64,000 nucleotides of DNA from Cyanophora paradoxa CCMP329 (Eukaryota; Plantae; Glaucophyta): the NCBI GenBank assembly GCA_004431415.1, contig QPMI01000437.1, positions 186,001-250,000 of the forward strand, given 5' to 3'. Below, in pieces: positions 61,101-64,000 of the stretch; position 1 is the stretch's first letter; each line of letters opens with the position of its first letter. Made by a program: the position numbers and the translations under genes. The notes beneath the pieces are model-generated. The model searched no databases. It was given only the letters and a program-made list of their open reading frames with translations, and had not been told where the DNA came from.

Positions 61101-64000
61101 TCGGACTCAGACTCAGAATCCGATGACAAGGAACGAGATCTAGTTACATTTCCGGTTAGATTCTATTAGATTCCGTGTTTCGCGCACCTCGTCCTGGGCC
61201 CACTCCCACTCGCCGCTCGCGTGGGAGAAGCGGATCGCCCGGCGGCGGTGCAGCAGCCGCAGCAGCTGGCACAGGTGGAACGCTGCGTGCGGGGGCGTCG
61301 GTGAGCGAGCGAGCGGACGCCACAAACCAGTGAGCTAGCTAGCTAGCTAGCTAGCTCATGTTACTCGTAATTAGATAAGATTTAGATAAATAGCCGAAGG
61401 CTATCAGATGAGCCGAAGGCGGGCGAGCGCACGGTTGCCGCCGGTCTTGCGGAGGAGGGCGGCGGCGAGGGGCCCGAGGTCCCTCCCGCAGGCGGCCCGC
61501 AGCTCGCCCTGCACCCGGCACACCTGCGGAGGAGGAGGGGGAAGAGGGGGAACCGTTCATGCAACGTTCGATGGAATCTAATGAGAAATCTGATAGAATC
61601 TAATATAAACTAATGATAGATAAAAGACGTACGAAGATGTCGCGGAGGAGGGCCGAGACGTCGGGCAGGCCCAGCGGGGGCACCGCGACCTGGAGGGACG
61701 AGGAGGGCCTTAGACAGACGGAACCAAAGGCAGGTCCGGGGGGGGTTCGGCCACCTCGAGGGGCCGCGCCCCCGCGCCCCGCAGCTCCTCCACGAAGGGG
61801 CCCCACGCCGCGTTCTCGCCTGCAAAACGGTGCGCGATTAGAAAGGTGGTCTTGGCGGTTTGCGCTTGTTCGTTCGTTTGTTTGTTCGAAGGCCTTAAGG
61901 TCTAGTTAGAGATCCGGACCTTAGGGATCCTAGACCTCAAGGACCTTGAGTGACAGCAGCTCAGCTCAGCGCACCGATCTCGTTCTCGCGGAAGGCGAGG
62001 AGGGCGGCGAGGCGGAGGTCGCGGTCGGCGGCGAGGTGCGCCACCAGCTGCAGCGAGTCCGCGTCGATCCTGCCCAGTGTTTGGTTAAGTTAAGTTGAGT
62101 TGAGTTAAGTTTAGCTAAGATGTTTAGTTAGTTAGTTCGGTGTAGCTAAGATGTCCGAGCCGCGGGCGGACGGACGGGCGGGCGGGCGCACCACTGGCAG
62201 TCGTCGACGAAGAGGAGGAGTGGCTTTCCCTCCAGGGCGCCAGCAGCCGCACGCAGCAGCGCCGTGAACACCTAAAGGAGAGAGAGTTCATTAGTTAGTA
62301 GCAAAGTCGGTTTGAGCAGTTTAGCTTAAAGCAGTTAGTTAGTAGAGTCCAGCTTGTATCAGTTATTAGTAAGAGAAGTAAGAGAGTTTATTAGTATCAG
62401 TTAGTTAGTAGAGTCCAGCTTGGTTCAGTTTAGTTAGCTTGGTTCAGTTAACGGCGCGCGCACCCAGCAGAAGCGGGCGCGGGTCTCGGCGGGCGGGAGG
62501 GGCATGAGGGGCGGGTGGTCGGCCCCGACGAGGAGCCGGAGGGAGGGGACGGCGTCCGTCAGGAGGCGCGCGTTGCGGCCAAGGGCGCCCCGCACGGCCT
62601 CCTGCACGGCGCTGCGCGCCGGCTCCCCGCACGCCAGCGTCTGCGGGCGCGAGGCGCCGCGGACCGGTCAGGCTTTGCTTGGTGGAGGGGCAGGCGGGGC
62701 AAAGAGAAGCCGAGGCCGAGGCGGCCTCTTCAAAGCCAGGGCGGCGGGCCCGGCTCGCGGGAGGCTCTAAGCTTGGAAGCGGGATGCTCGCGAGCTGGAG
62801 CTTGGAACGGCAGCGGAGGGCTAGCTAAATAGCTAGTCTGGCTGGCCCGGCCCCAGCCTGGCGTGACTCACGGCGACGACGAGCTCGTGGGCGGCGGCGA
62901 AGAGGGGCCCGTACGGGCTGCGATTGTACTGGTCCACCTGCGAGTTTCAAATTCAAAAATTCAAATTCAAATTCAAATTCGGGTTCAGGTTCAGGTTCAG
63001 GTTCAGGTGATCGGGCGGGCTCGCCTTTCCGGTGAGGAAGAGGCTGGCGATGCCTTCTGAGAGGGCCCGCTGGCCCACCGCACGAACCAGGAAGCTCTTG
63101 CCTGCGAGCGGCCAGACATGAGATCGAATCGAATCAGAGATCCTGCAAGGGGAGGGGAGGTATCTAATAGCGAGGAATCTAGATCTTACGGAGCCCAATA
63201 ACAGACTGATCTAGAATCTAACAAGGCCCCGATAAGAATCTTATCCAGAAACAAGAAACCGAGCAAGGGGAGCCAGTGGGGCGGGTCGGGCGGGCCGGGC
63301 TAGGCCGCGCGCGGGGAGCTAGAGATCACGCAGGTTGGGCCGGTGGGCATGTGGGCGTGCTGGGCGGGCCGGGCGGGCCGGGCAGCGCACCGGCGCCGGA
63401 GGTGCCGGCTACAAAGACAACGGCGGATCCGGAGGAGGAACGCGGTCCCTCTGGGGCCGACCCCGCCGCTCCCGCCGCCGCAGCCGCCCCCGCCCCCGCT
63501 GCGGGGCCGTCCGGGGCGCCCTCGGGGGCGGGGGCCGGCCCTTGGTCGACCCCGCGGCACACCTGCGCGCCGCAATCAAACCGAGAAGACAACGGCCTCG
63601 CTAATGCTGCAAGATAGATGATAGTCTTGAGGCAATCCCGATAGCTTTTTATAGTTGCGTCCTAGAGAAAGGCGATCCAAGCGAAAGATGGGCGGGCGGG
63701 GGCACCTAGTTCTAAGGCTTTGATAGAGGTTCAAGCCCTTTATCAGCTCGCTCGCTCGCTAAGACAGTTCTGTAAGGCAATCTAATATGGAGCCGTTGGG
63801 GCGGGCGTACCTCGAGGGCGGCCTGGAGCGCGGCCTCGCGGCCGTAGAGGCGGTCCGGCACGGCGAAGGGGGCGGCCCGGTCCCGCTCCCCCAGGGCGAA
63901 GTCTGAAGCCAACCGGCAAGTTTAGAGGTGATAGGCGGGTCTACAGTTGAAGTTTAGAGGGGAGGCGCGGACCGAAGGAGAGGTCGCCGGGCGGGCCCGC
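46131..64000 (-). CDS. Multi-domain hybrid histidine kinase (AAA ATPase-GAF-PAS-HisKA-HATPase-REC), 5' part outside window
   Basis: PDRLYGRE, Walker [13 protein letters not shown], Walker [16 protein letters not shown] (SQEISTRI...ALYLENR...FTPARIESL), PAS ([24 protein letters not shown]), H-box [16 protein letters not shown] box SNALKF, G1 DTGVGI, G2 [25 protein letters not shown]. Stop TAA at 46131. Confidence 0.92.
47628..48163. repeat. (GGGGC)n-like G-rich intronic tract
   Basis: About 530 bp of almost pure G runs on the plus strand, inside a kinase intron. Confidence 0.9.

Overview
This is GC-rich, intron-dense nuclear DNA from a unicellular eukaryote; the C54-type tRNA-His hints at an archaeplastid, which is an inference. 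Most ORFs in the track are spurious GC-rich frames, so genes were rebuilt by hand from GT/GC-AG splicing. The left 12 kb holds an F-box/LRR gene, a sequence-specific HMG-box factor, a second F-box/LRR gene bracketed by two inverted tRNA-His(GTG) cassettes, an EamA/DMT transporter and an MGCC-type TPR protein. The 12-46 kb middle is heavily rearranged. It contains a head-to-head paralog pair, a 1.62-kb tandem array, non-autonomous Helitron2/Helentron-like elements, three 5'-truncated LINE-like copies with 14-17-bp TSDs and no poly(A), and a cluster of TA-target CCGT...ACGG MITEs. It also contains a duplicated receiver-domain gene tail and a divergent pair of cysteine-rich, beta/gamma-crystallin-like genes whose 5' parts differ strongly while their 3' parts form a near-identical 1.2-kb inverted repeat. 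The right 18 kb is a large AAA-GAF-PAS-HisKA-HATPase-REC hybrid histidine kinase on the minus strand that runs off the window. Recurrent small-scale signals are introns containing copies of their own exon edges and palindromic templated micro-insertions.
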